Shown here in pieces: positions 37,681 through 48,907 of a DNA stretch of 64,000 nucleotides (position 1 is its first letter; each line of letters starts with the position of its first letter). This DNA is from Trichodelitschia bisporula (Eukaryota), in assembly GCA_010356995.1 (NCBI GenBank), contig ML996700.1, positions 310,001 to 374,000 on the forward strand, given 5' to 3'. The position numbers were made by a program, and so were the translations under genes. The notes beneath the pieces are model-generated. The model was not told the DNA's origin, searched no databases, and was given only the letters and a program-made list of their open reading frames with translations.

Positions 37681-39191
37681 CACTCCAATCCCAACGCCAT
37701 CAGCCGCCGCTCCCGGGCCCGGCACGCAAATCCCACACCTCCTTCTCCTCCACACACAACCACTCTCATTCATCACACTCCCTCTCCTTCTTTCCCTTTA
37801 CCTCTCTTCTCTCTCCCCTTCATCATTCTCCCGTCCTGGTTCTCCTCCCCTCGACGGGTCTCCTACAATAATCTCTCTCCCGTTTCTCCACCTCTCTAAA
37901 CTCATCGCGCTCCGCGTGTGCCGGGCAGGGAAAACCTTCAATTTCGGCTTGAAAGGGTTTTTTCTTCTCTTCACACATTGCCATCTCCCTGGTCCTGGTC
38001 CAGTTCTTTGCGACCTCCGTCACTACTCTCGCCTCCCGCCATCCGTCCCTCACAGCTTTACAACAATACACCCCCCCCTCCCCACCTCCCCTACCTCTCT
38101 ACTACCCCCAATCCCGAACCCTACCTAGCACGTTAGCTTGTCGGCTGTCACGCCTCTCCAGGCTGACCTGCTCCCCTCGCTGACCCGCTCACCCACTCAC
38201 CCACCCCCGTTAATAGCAACGGCTCGCCACCTGCTGTGATCCGCAGTCTCGAGACTCCCTCCCCTCATCCTCCTTCCGCCAAAACTTCGTCATCAATCGG
38301 CTTCGCGCGCCTTCTTGCTGGAATAACACTGGCATAGATCAGGAACATCTCTTGCTCTTGCCACAAATCCTTTTTGTTCCAGCCGACCGCAGCTTCCCAT
38401 CCTCCACCCCCAGGCAAACTTTCTCTCCCTCCCACTCACCAACCACAATCAGCCTTCTTCTCATCGCCTCCCCCTTCAACGCCTACCCTTCCACTCAGCT
38501 TCAACCGTCATCGCTCCGCCCCTTCGGCTATTCGTCATACGCCTAGTGCAAGCCTTGACCCAAAAGAATTTTCAAACCCATCCACGGTTCATTCCAACGT
38601 TCTTGAACTTCCCCTCACGTTTGGCACCCGCTTCAGACAATTTGTGGTTGTCAGGACACCACCGTCAGCGAACTATTTACTTAGGATCGCTGTTCGCACG
38701 ATAACCCTGGGTGTTCCCCGCTGGTTGCTTGGACCCCCAAGAACTCTTTCGAAGTTTCGCAACTTGACAATACACCGGCCGTTCCTTTGCCGCCTCAAAC
38801 ACCCGAGCAACATCCGACCATTATTCTATTGCTCAGCGTTGCAAATCTTTCAACGCTGCCTATCTCGCGCAGAGACCCAACACCCGACAGGACCCAGCTC
38901 ATATTTGAGAGTGGTTGCCGCCGCTTCCAACAAAAGCTGACTTCTGCCCTTTCCCGCCCTTACCTCACGCAGCAATCTCACCCTAACATCACACTCGCCT
39001 GCTTCCTTCGCATGTCAGACCTTTGCTAGGAGAAGTTGTGTACGGTTCGCAAGGAGCACTTGCTCATCTTCCGCGATCGGAAGTGAAGGAAACGGTAAAC
39101 TCACCCTGCGCGGGTCCGTTGCTGGTTTGACTGACCTGTTAGCGTGTGTTCTCCACACCCGTCTCCTCCTCTCCCTCGCTCCTCGCCCACC
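37681..39191 (+). promoter_or_regulatory. Long pyrimidine-rich putative 5' leader of the CLG1-like gene, with an intron (acceptor 39142) and a 5-codon in-frame ORF MSDLC (39012-39029)
   Basis: No ATG found by eye in 37681-39011. Branch and acceptor CTGACCTGTTAG ends at 39142. Candidate donors at 39083 (GTGAAG) and 39095 (GTAAAC). The transcription start is unknown. Confidence 0.6.
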
Positions 39192-40646
39192 ATGCCTCTC
39201 ATGGGTATGCATCAGCCGCCGACGCCTCCCGAGGTGATCTTTTCCCAGAGTGCATGCGCACCGATGCACTATGGACCGCCTCGATGGACCCCTCAAGAAG
39301 GCGCCGTACGGCGCGACGATGCGGGATTTGACTACACCACGCGTTACGGACAGCAACAATGTCAACAGCCGCCTCAACAAGCTTCTGTCCCGACCTGGGC
39401 TAGCGTCGTTGCATTACCTCCTGTCGATAGCGCACCCGCCTCGCGCATACCCTCCTACGAGCTGCCGGCTCTTGCCACTCAGCAGCAATCGCAGCATCGT
39501 ACGCAAGAGTCTCGTCCATCCTACGAGCAGCAGCAGCAACCGGCCAAGGAAGAGAAGCCCGTTGGCGGAGTTTCTGCGAAGCTTGACTACGAAATGGACT
39601 GGATGACGGACTTCGTAGCCGAGTCAGCACATCAGATGTATGCCCTTAGCCGGTCTCCCCTGGTTTTGGCAGATATTGACTTAGTTCGAAGCATCATGCC
39701 TGGCAAGTCACATCATCAGGATCCGCGCGAGTTCCACGAGTTCCGCCAGTGGGTGCATCAGGTGCTGTGTGCCACTCGGCTTCCAGCATCGACCATCATG
39801 ATGAGCCTGGGGTACCTGTCCCTCCGACTCGCGAAGCAGCAGCATCTCTCGAGCCCACAAAAGGATCTTCAGATTCATCACCATGTTACGGTTGCCCTAA
39901 TTTTGGGGAGTAAGTTCTTGGATGATAACACCTTTGTCAATCGCTCGTGGTCCGATGTCAGCAACATCCAAGTCACTCTGCTGAATCAGCTTGAGCGCGA
40001 TTGGCTTGCGTCCATCGACTACAAGCTCCATCATCTGAGCGACGACAATCAGGGCTTCAAGCTATGGCTCTCACGATGGAAAGACTTCGAGAACCAGGCG
40101 CTCTCTCGCGGCTCACGCGCTTTCAAGCTCAGCCCGATTGACACCAACGTGACGAAGATGTCGGCTAGCTACTACAGCAAGCCGCCGACTCCAAATAGCG
40201 CGCATTTGACCTTCCAGGGCCCCATACCCCAGGAGCTTGTGTCGCGTCCCCAGACTCGCTACCATACCCCCGTCTACTCGCAATATGACCCCTGGCTGGT
40301 TCCGCGCTCGGCAAATGAGAACTCACCTGCCTCGGCTCCGCATACTGGTCCGACGACCCCAGAGTATTATGGCGGACCTGGCACCTGGGGTCCTCAAGCC
40401 TTTGTTCCTAGGCGTCCTACCTACGGATTCGGGCCTGTCGCACAGCCTCAGGCGCAGCAAGGCCATGCTCAGCCACAGCCACAGTCCGCGAACAGCACGT
40501 ATGCCCACACGCCCTTCACGCCAGTATACAACCACCACGCTTGGGCTCCGGCGCATGGCATGGGTTGCATGTGCTCGTACTGCAACCGCCAGCAGATTCC
40601 GTGGTTTGCACCCAGCTACAACAATATGCTGGCCGTTGCCGTTTAG
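39192..40646 (+). CDS. CLG1: Pho85-type cyclin, CLG1-like (the true start may be 39012; see findings)
   Basis: Motifs GGVSAKLDYEMDWMTDFVAE, FRQWVHQVLCATRLPASTI, ALILGSKFLDDNTFVNRSWSDVS and LERDWLASIDYKL. P/Q-rich flanks and a C-terminal CxCxxC. ATG 39192 is in ACCATG context. Confidence 0.88.
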   Translation: MPLMGMHQPPTPPEVIFSQSACAPMHYGPPRWTPQEGAVRRDDAGFDYTTRYGQQQCQQPPQQASVPTWASVVALPPVDSAPASRIPSYELPALATQQQSQHRTQESRPSYEQQQQPAKEEKPVGGVSAKLDYEMDWMTDFVAESAHQMYALSRSPLVLADIDLVRSIMPGKSHHQDPREFHEFRQWVHQVLCATRLPASTIMMSLGYLSLRLAKQQHLSSPQKDLQIHHHVTVALILGSKFLDDNTFVNRSWSDVSNIQVTLLNQLERDWLASIDYKLHHLSDDNQGFKLWLSRWKDFENQALSRGSRAFKLSPIDTNVTKMSASYYSKPPTPNSAHLTFQGPIPQELVSRPQTRYHTPVYSQYDPWLVPRSANENSPASAPHTGPTTPEYYGGPGTWGPQAFVPRRPTYGFGPVAQPQAQQGHAQPQPQSANSTYAHTPFTPVYNHHAWAPAHGMGCMCSYCNRQQIPWFAPSYNNMLAVAV

Positions 40647-43600
40647 ATCTTACGGTCGTTCACGGTCCTTCCCTGGTTCTACCATGTGTGTGGTTTACCC
40701 GAGGCCTTTTCCAGGCCATCGGGCTCCACTCTCTGCTAGAGTCACCCTTTTCCCTGTCGGATATCCCAAAAGTCGATTTTGTGCATTACTAAAAGCGGTT
40801 CCAATTGAGTCCGGCGCTAATACGATGCGAATACCCTTTGTTCTCGGGTTGCCACTGGCCATTTCGATATCATTTCCACGCGTCACGATTCTCTTGCGGT
40901 GGCGTACTGAGCAGCATATTTCACGCGGCTTCAATCGAGTCGGGTGGCTTTCTCTTCTGCACAAAATTCCCCTTCTGCATGTTAGATATTTCCCTTATGC
41001 GTTTCTGCTGGCTTATTGTGCCTGGGTTATCGGTGTCGACAGTTTATAGACCATTTGATTTGCAGGACCTGGGTTTCACGGTTCACGGGAGTTCATCGGG
41101 CTCTTCCATACTTACGGCTTATGGGGAGCGCATGTTCGATTTGTTTTTTTGGACCGGGTTTATGCATACGGTCGGGATTGCTTTGGTTTTAAAGCAGCTT
41201 CTGTGTTTATGGGCTGGCTGTTCCCCGGGGTTTGCTTGATGACTTCTCACCATCGTTCCGGGCCATGTTTCGGGTGCCCCCAAAAACATTTGTCGTTTGT
41301 CCGGCCTGTTTGTTTGTACCGCCTTAGGGCCCGGACATCTCCTTTCGCTGTCTCTGAGCATTTGCATCTAGAATGGGGGCTTGTTACGACTTTTTCATCT
41401 GATATCCTCACGAAAGCGGGAAATCGGACGCTGGTCGGCTATCTGTTGGGAGGCGATCGGGACATTTGCACATTATTCTTGTCCACACACTTTGTGCATT
41501 CGAACATAGGCCGAGGGCGGCATTGGTTTACGTTTTTAGGCTGAACAAGCTTGACACTGGGGACAGGCTCTGGGTATGTGAGGGGTGGAAGGAGGTTTGA
41601 AATGGATACAGCTTTAATGCACAGACCCACATCATTCTTCGGAGGCGGTCACATTCTTCGAGTCGCGGCTGGTTCTTCTGTCAGCCTGTTATTTCATCGG
41701 CGTGGAACAGACTAGCTTTGGCGCGGGGATCCGATGAAGAAAAGTTTTGCTGGGAGGGCTTGGGTTCTTTTGCTTATGTGGGGGGATATCCGCATTGGCG
41801 AGGGTTTGGCTGAGGGATCTCTCGGCAGGATAGAGGAGTTGCATGGACTGGGGAGATACTGTGCATACTACGTAAAAATTATACAGATGATGGCCGCGAG
41901 GTTGGCGTTCGCCATTCACGTACCTCATCATTGGGTTCTCCTCATTCTTGGACCGGTGTGAAGCTGACGTCAGGTTGACTTGATTCTGCTTGCATGCCTA
42001 GCACTTGCTAATAAGGGACGATATGTTGGCACCGTACTGTCAGCCTTGGGCAGGGTAGGGGGGAAGTTGTCGTTCATCTCCGCTAACAAAAGCAGGAACG
42101 ACGTCGGTTTCGTTACCCGTAGCGCTTAGCCCCGGATACTTCAGCCGCGGAATTCGTACATGCTATGACCGGGTTGCGCCTGTCGGGCTGGGCGCTGGAG
42201 ACACGATAACCACGGTGGACAATGGAGCTGCCTGCTAGCAATACGGACTTTGATCTTGGTTGACGCTTCCTTCAGCGCCGTGTCAGGGTCGAAGCACCAG
42301 GCCCATGCCGATTCTCCAGGGCAGAGGAGAAGTACCTCACGAGGAACTTTTCAAATGAGACCCGATCCTTGACATGTGTCTGAAAGGGTGTAAGAGTGGA
42401 GGACCTGCGTTTATTGTCGTGCGTTACAATACTAGGACGATGCTTTCAAGCTAGCCCGCCATTATGATGGAAGGCTTGAAGATTATGTTTTTCTCGCGTC
42501 TCCGAACGAATGTTAAATCAGTTACGGGGCCACTTTCCCTTCATATGAGCGAAAGGTTTCCTGCTCTATCCCGGGGATTTGGTCGTCTGCGCCCATCCTG
42601 GCCGCAATAGTGCATGGTATACCGGCCACTTGGAAAACTCCTACTCGGGGCCGCAGGAAGTGAAGGAATTCTGGTCTTCGAGGTTAGAACTGATTCGGCG
42701 CCAGGACCGGTTCCCCGGTCGAGTATGGATCCGAGGAGCCGCGAATAGTTCCTGAGAATCAGCGAGACTGATCTGAGAGTTATGGATATTTTGAGTTTGG
42801 TCCGGGAAGAACTTGAGCCGCCGCAGCATACCACCGAGCTCGCGAACGATCATCCTGGTATCCAGATTCATTCCCCATCTGTCGGGATGGAGGGGAAGAG
42901 TCCAGAAGAGCGTTCATAAACTCCATCATCAAGGGTGGAAGGTCAGTGAATTGTCCGAAGCACTTGCTCTCCGATAGGGAGTGCTAAGCCGTTGATCGCG
43001 TTCTGCCTCCAAGGTACCCATACGTCATCGCTTCATGAGTTGACCGGAGCATAGACGTGACAGCAAGAGAGCAGAGCTCCTTCAAAGCACCGCCCGACCC
43101 ATCCCCTATTCGCCTGAATTAACACAGGCCTGGACTTCACTGGTCGTCAGACAGTATACATCATCTGGCCTCACTCCGGCGGTACAGGGCACCATGACTG
43201 ACGATTTGGGAGGCTCATCGGCATGTGGAATAACCTTTCCAATGAGAAGGAGCGTGATGTGACTGTACGACTGAGGACTATGTGATAGTTGTGGCAGCGG
43301 GCCAGGTTTGCTGCGATCTTCAGGATAGAAGTCGGTACTCCAATAGAAGGTGATGAGAATGAATTGCATGAATTTCATGAAGGGAGGTTATGAGTTTACC
43401 GAATCTTCGCTGGAGCAGATAGACCGGAGCTCGTGCAAGATCCGCGTCGTTTCTGCCCTCGGAGCGTCGAAAGGGAGACCCGAGCGAAAAAGCTCTTTGC
43501 GGGTCCTTGGGAAGACCATACGGTAGTTTCACCTTAGGGCTGCAGAATTCGATAGTTGTATCGCCGGAGCGACATGGTACGACATCTCGCTCCCTAAGGC

Positions 43601-43867
43601 GCTAACGGCCTTAATCTCCTGAAAATTGAGGACGGTGATAGTGCCAAATTGAAAACTTGGACGATGCGGAGCAGAGGGACGAAAATAGTCGAGTTGGTGG
43701 TTTGCTCAGCGTCAGCAAAGACATAACTCCTACTTCGATACTATGCCGTCTTTCCTAGCATGTAGTTTCGTGTAACCTTCCATCAACAGGTACCGCAGAG
43801 GGAATGGACGTCGTCGTTGGTCCAAGGCTGTTGTTGGTCATTGCCGGTCGCCATGCAGTGAGGTCCG

Positions 43868-43952
43868 AAGGGCCACCCGAAAAGAAGTCATGGCTGCCCT
43901 CATCCCCAAAATCGCCAGGGCACGGTGACCACTACTTTTTCGGGTGGCCCTT
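43868..43952. repeat. Intergenic inverted repeat / long hairpin
   Basis: Arms aagggccacccgaaaa (43868-43883) and ttttcgggtggccctt (43937-43952) are perfect 16-bp reverse complements. An inner tgccct/agggca stem is also present. Confidence 0.85.
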
Positions 43953-45640
43953 ACAACTCCCAGATTCCAGCGACTAACCGCCGATTGGCCAGTGCTCGGG
44001 TCGAGTCACGGTAAGGACAAGGCGATTCTGCGGGGGATCAGCCGGTGGAGATGGCGGACAAAGCAAAAATGAGGAAAATTAGCAACAACCTCGTTGGCAG
44101 GCAAGTCGGGACGACATTCCGATGCGGCGCGCGATAGGCTGAGGACGATAACACGAGGCCCCCCTCCATCCATTCATCCGTCACCCGCCATCCCCACCAC
44201 ACCTGCAGCGTCGCAAACACTACGCAAAAGAAAGATGCACTCTATCCGATTTTCAGATGTGACCGCGACTCGCAAACTTGCAATCCTTCGCGGTTGTGCG
44301 CTCTGTTTGGTCGGCTGGCGGGCCTGGAGACGCACTTGATGGGTGGATGCCGAGTCATGGGCAACGCACTCCGCTGAGGGTTAGCGACCCTAGCCTTGAG
44401 GGACATAACGGCGCGGCTTGAGACTCGCCCAACGAGCTGAAGATGACAGGCGCAAACTCAGGGGGGCGGACTGGAAGGGTCTATCTCCTCGACAGATGCC
44501 ACAAAGGTCACAGTCTTGCGGTGTTTATGGAGTATAGTAAGTGATGATATTCCCGTGAGCCATGAGGTCAAAGTAAGACTTGCAACTTCTGAAACATGAA
44601 CAGGTACGCGAGCCCCTGCGCAAGGCCCAGGTCCATCATCAAGTTGCGTGCAGTATGCAGTGGGCAGCGTGCAAACTACGGTGCAGACTAGATACAGACT
44701 AGGTACAGACTACAGAACATGCATTTCGGCATGTGGACGTTCAATGCTCACATGCGGAATGGCTGCAACGTCTGGAACGCGGTGATCGCCCGCATCCTGC
44801 CGGGCCAATTGTGGGTCAGCGGCCCGGGGTGGGGCGTTGCGCAAAGTGTGGGCGCATTTTGGGGTACAGGTCCCGTATTCATTGAGATGTTGGTTTATGA
44901 GTCGGCATCGGATTGCTGAAGAAAAGGACTCAGGGCCGCCCGACAAGGTCATGACCGTCTCGCCTGCAAATACTGTACGTCCCGGTAGAGCGGCCGTGAA
45001 TTTTCGGGTAGCCTTTTGGACCTGCAGGACATATGAACCTTAAAAGAAGCCACACCATCACCGCACCGCCACAACCACCCAATCTCCCCTTCTTCACGCC
45101 AAGCGCCTCCCCCGCCCAAGCGTTTCACCACCGCCCATTATACAGCCCGTGCACTAACGCCACGAACCAGCTTTTCGAGGCGCTAGACCGCCGCTAGAAC
45201 CCAATGGGGACAGCGCGCAAGGGCCACCCGTCTGCATGGAAGCTCGGGCCAGTGATCCGTTGGCTGGGTGGCTGGCCAAGACCCCATTTTGCGGAGGTGC
45301 AGGCGCAGACGTCCGATGGTGGTGGTTGCGCTTGCCGAATTGGCGCGGCGCATTGGACGCTTTCTAGACGTTCCCTTCTCCGCATCGTTACTTCCCGGGG
45401 CAGCCTGAAGGCTTGCAAGGATGGGTCTGGGGGGGCCAGGGGGAAGGAGAGGAAGGATGTGGAGGGGGAAAGCGCGCGTCTGAGGTAGTATATAGCTTGA
45501 GGGGCGCGCCGGATTGAAGAACTTGTCTTTGTCTCTTGTCACTCCAGCTTCACACTTCCTCGCCATTATACCGCTTCTTCGCTTCAAACAAAACCTTCGT
45601 AATACCCTAATCAATCTTTCGAATCATCCAGACCATCACA

Positions 45641-46226
45641 ATGAAGTTCTTCGCCGCCGTCGTTCTCTCTCTCGCCTCCCTCGCCGTGGCTGCCGATGTT
45701 GAGCTGCCGCAGTGCGCTGTACGTTGAACCTCCACACACGTTAGACCTTGCTCGACTCCAGGGCGAGATGACAGGTCATTGGTTTGTTAGAGATGTTAAC
45801 ACGCAACAGCTCTCCTGCTTTGCCACCGCCATCGCCAGCTCGGGCTGCACCCTCGAGGACACCTACTGCCAGTGCACGACTGGCAAGAACGCCATCACCA
45901 CGAGCGTGACGCCGTGTGTGACCAAGGCCTGCAGCAACGAGGACCTTGCCAGTACGTTCCCCCCCGAAAGAAACATAAAACGGACAGCTAACACGCCCAC
46001 AGAGGTCCTTCCCGCCAGCACCAAGACCTGCGTCGACGCTCTTGCTCAACACTCGAGTGCCGCCGGCAACGCTAAGACCTCTGCTGCTTCCGGCGCCAGC
46101 TCGGCCAAGACTTCCGCCACTAGCTCGGCCGCGGCTGCTCAGCAGACTGCCAACGCTGCGGGGTCGCTGCGCTTCGAGACCGTGGGCGCTGGGCTCTGTC
46201 TCGCGGCTGTTGGCCTGATGCTGTAA
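45641..46226 (+). CDS. Secreted CFEM-domain protein, probably GPI-anchored, 3 exons
   Basis: Signal peptide MKFFAAVVLSLASLAVA. Eight-Cys CFEM pattern PQCALSC..GC...DTYCQC...PCVTKAC...TC. S/A/T-rich stalk, then NAAG plus a hydrophobic tail. Introns 45719-45810 and 45952-46002. Confidence 0.92.
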
Positions 46227-46462
46227 ATGCTGTCTGTATGTTTGCTGTACATGATTCTCGGGCTGGGTTTGGTGTAGGCGTGTACTCTATATTTTGGGTT
46301 GCAGGGCCAGTGAGCATGTGATATCCAGGGGCTTCTTGTTCTGGGCTTGGGTGCTTGGGACTGGAGGGTGATGAAGTAGGGCACTTTGTTGGATGTCCGA
46401 CGAAGTTCAACCTGTTCATCTGCTGGAGGGAGTTCTTCTTGTATAGTGCTTTCAGCCGTCCC

Positions 46463-47620
46463 TCATCCAGTTTTGTCTGCTGATTCCATCGGCGTGATGA
46501 CCTGCTTCCACTTTTCCAGCCATGCCGTATACTCATCACCCTTGCCGCCATCCCATGGCCGGGACACCTTCGAAGCTGCATCCTGGGCTTTGGTGCAAAT
46601 TTTGTCCAGCCTGGTATTGGCATCTTCCGCGTCGAGATCGTAGAGCGCCGCAGCCAGATCGTCGATGTCGTCTGGGATGCCACTCAAGGCGTTAAGAAGT
46701 TCGTCCACGGCCCGGGCCCTGCCACTCACTTCCTGGACCTTGTCCTCCTCCACCACACCTTCAAACGGAAATGTCTTTATCCGCCTCTTGACCAGTGCTT
46801 GGAAGAGTATGTCTACCAGCTTTATCCTCCGCAACGTCTCCCCAAGTGCAACCTTCACGTCCGGCCTCCCTTTGGGCAAGCGATTCGCTGCGCCGAAAGC
46901 GTCGTCCAAGCTCTTGGTATCCTCATCCTCATCGTCACTTCCTGTCACTTTATCCTCGGCCTCCAGTTCATCTTCCTCGTCCTCTCCCCACTCTTTCAGC
47001 TCCCCCAGCGCATCCTTAATCACTCCTCGCAATTCCTCCACACGCCCCACAAGTATGCTTCTCAATCCGTTCTTCTCCAGCGCGATCAGGGCATCACACG
47101 CACCCCACACACGCCCCGTAGTGCTGAGAACACCCTCTCGGCGGTGCTCGACGCCTTTCGTGCCCTTCATATATGCCTGGTTACCCGCTTCGCCCATAGT
47201 CGCGAGGTAGATTTCATTCAAAAGGTCTCCAAAGGCACGGAAAGTGGTCTCTACACAACGGCGCGTCTCCGTCGATACCGTGGAAGTGTACAGCTGCGGG
47301 CCGAGGAGCTCGGCGGCAGTGAGCATGGCGGGGAGACATTCTGACTCGCAGGTCTTAAGGATGGGGAGGATGGCGGACGGCGTGAAGGGAGTGTTGAGGA
47401 GGAGGAGGGAGAGTTTGGTTGTGTGGGTGCGGAGGAGAGAGGATGTGTCGCGGAGGAGGGCGAGGGGCGAGGGGGAGGCTGGCGTTGGGAGAGGAGTGGC
47501 CGTGGAGGGGGGTTGGGCGAGGGCTGAATAGAAGTGGGTGAGGAGAGATCGGACTTGTGACGCTTTGGTGAGGAGAGCCTCAATGTGAGGAGGTGCAGGA
47601 AGAGGTGGACTAGGAGCCAT
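46463..47620 (-). CDS. GCIP / cyclin-D1-binding protein 1-like helical protein, single exon
   Basis: ATG 47620. Motifs HTTKLSLLLLNTPFTPSA, STTGRVWGACD, IKDALGELKEW followed by an acidic loop, and IDDLAAALY. Confidence 0.8.
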   Translation of the reverse strand: MAPSPPLPAPPHIEALLTKASQVRSLLTHFYSALAQPPSTATPLPTPASPSPLALLRDTSSLLRTHTTKLSLLLLNTPFTPSAILPILKTCESECLPAMLTAAELLGPQLYTSTVSTETRRCVETTFRAFGDLLNEIYLATMGEAGNQAYMKGTKGVEHRREGVLSTTGRVWGACDALIALEKNGLRSILVGRVEELRGVIKDALGELKEWGEDEEDELEAEDKVTGSDDEDEDTKSLDDAFGAANRLPKGRPDVKVALGETLRRIKLVDILFQALVKRRIKTFPFEGVVEEDKVQEVSGRARAVDELLNALSGIPDDIDDLAAALYDLDAEDANTRLDKICTKAQDAASKVSRPWDGGKGDEYTAWLEKWKQVITPMESADKTG

Positions 47621-48907
47621 GGTTGGGCTGCGAATAGGGCAGAGGTGGACTGGGAGAGTTGTGGGTTGATTGCGTGTCTGACGTACTGCTCGATGAGGGG
47701 TCGCAGCTTTTTTTCGCAACCCGGAAACTTCACTCTCTTGGCTCCACGTGGGCGGGGTACAAAAGTATGGGTATGAGGCACACAGGGCTGGCGGCCTGGG
47801 GCAGGTATCGAAAATGAGGATCACCTAGTACAACGCGAGACTGCGAGCCCTGTCGCGCAATTTATGGAGCCGACACTTTCATCAAACTCGGCAACGTATC
47901 GTGCACTCCCTAGATCGGCGAGTTACGTCACCAAGGATTTGATATCCATTCGCGCTCCCTTTGGTCCGAAGAGAAAAAGCCCTCGGAGACACATCCAGTC
48001 AGATATTCAGCCTTGAGCGATCGAGGTACCCTAATCCGTCAGCCGAAATGACGTCCACGACATTTACTCCCAAATAGGACCTGCCGCCTTAACCTTCCAC
48101 CATCATGATCTCCAGCCCATTCAGCCCTTCCATGCCCGAATGCCCAACTCCCTCTCATCGATCTCCCGGTATCGCCTCACCACGCCTCACCACGCATCAT
48201 CATGCCCACAGACCAACCCAATCTTAAGAAATTACCCCACCCAACCGCGCAATCTCGCCTCTACCTTGTTCCCGGCTCAAACCCGGTCCCCAGTCCCCAA
48301 CCCACGAGGCCCCCCAGCCCTCCGGTGTCGTCCCAACGCTCCGGCGACTATTCGCAGAACAGCAGGTTCGCGTGCGATGCTGCACCGCACTACCGTACGT
48401 GGTATACACTTTGACGAGACACGCGGATGCGCGGGGCCTCGGCTCCGGTCAGCTTACCACCGGTGCTGTGGGGTCGTGAGCATATACTGGGATTGTGCTT
48501 ATGATCCTTCGCTTCCACCGTGGAGTATGCAACCGGTTATGCGCAAAGCGTCTGCTCATGTGTGTTGCTGCTGTATGAAACGATTCCGTCCACACCGGGC
48601 ACCGTTCGGCCGGGTCGCATGTGAGGTTCGCTGGAAGCCGGTTACGTACGAGCGAACATCAATGCTGTGGAGGCATGAAAAGTGGGACAGAAAGTATGCG
48701 GGGAAGTGGCACAAAGCCAAGTTCCCCTAGCCCTACAATCGGACCAGAGGGTATCGTTACTGTTGTAGATGGTATATACAGAGCCCAGTTTCGTGAAGCT
48801 TTGATCGTACGTCCGTCCAGCACCATGAAGTACACCAAACTTGCAGTTCTCCGGCCCAAGACTCCATTAAGAATTTTTGCACTTTTTCCACTCCCGCACA
48901 TATATCC

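Noticed and set aside
44683..44713. cagactagata/cagactaggta/cagacta short tandem repeat (similar case tgcagtgccgc at about 57006-57032)
   Set aside because: Two to three copies of a short unit without spacers; ordinary slippage repeats, not a CRISPR-like array.
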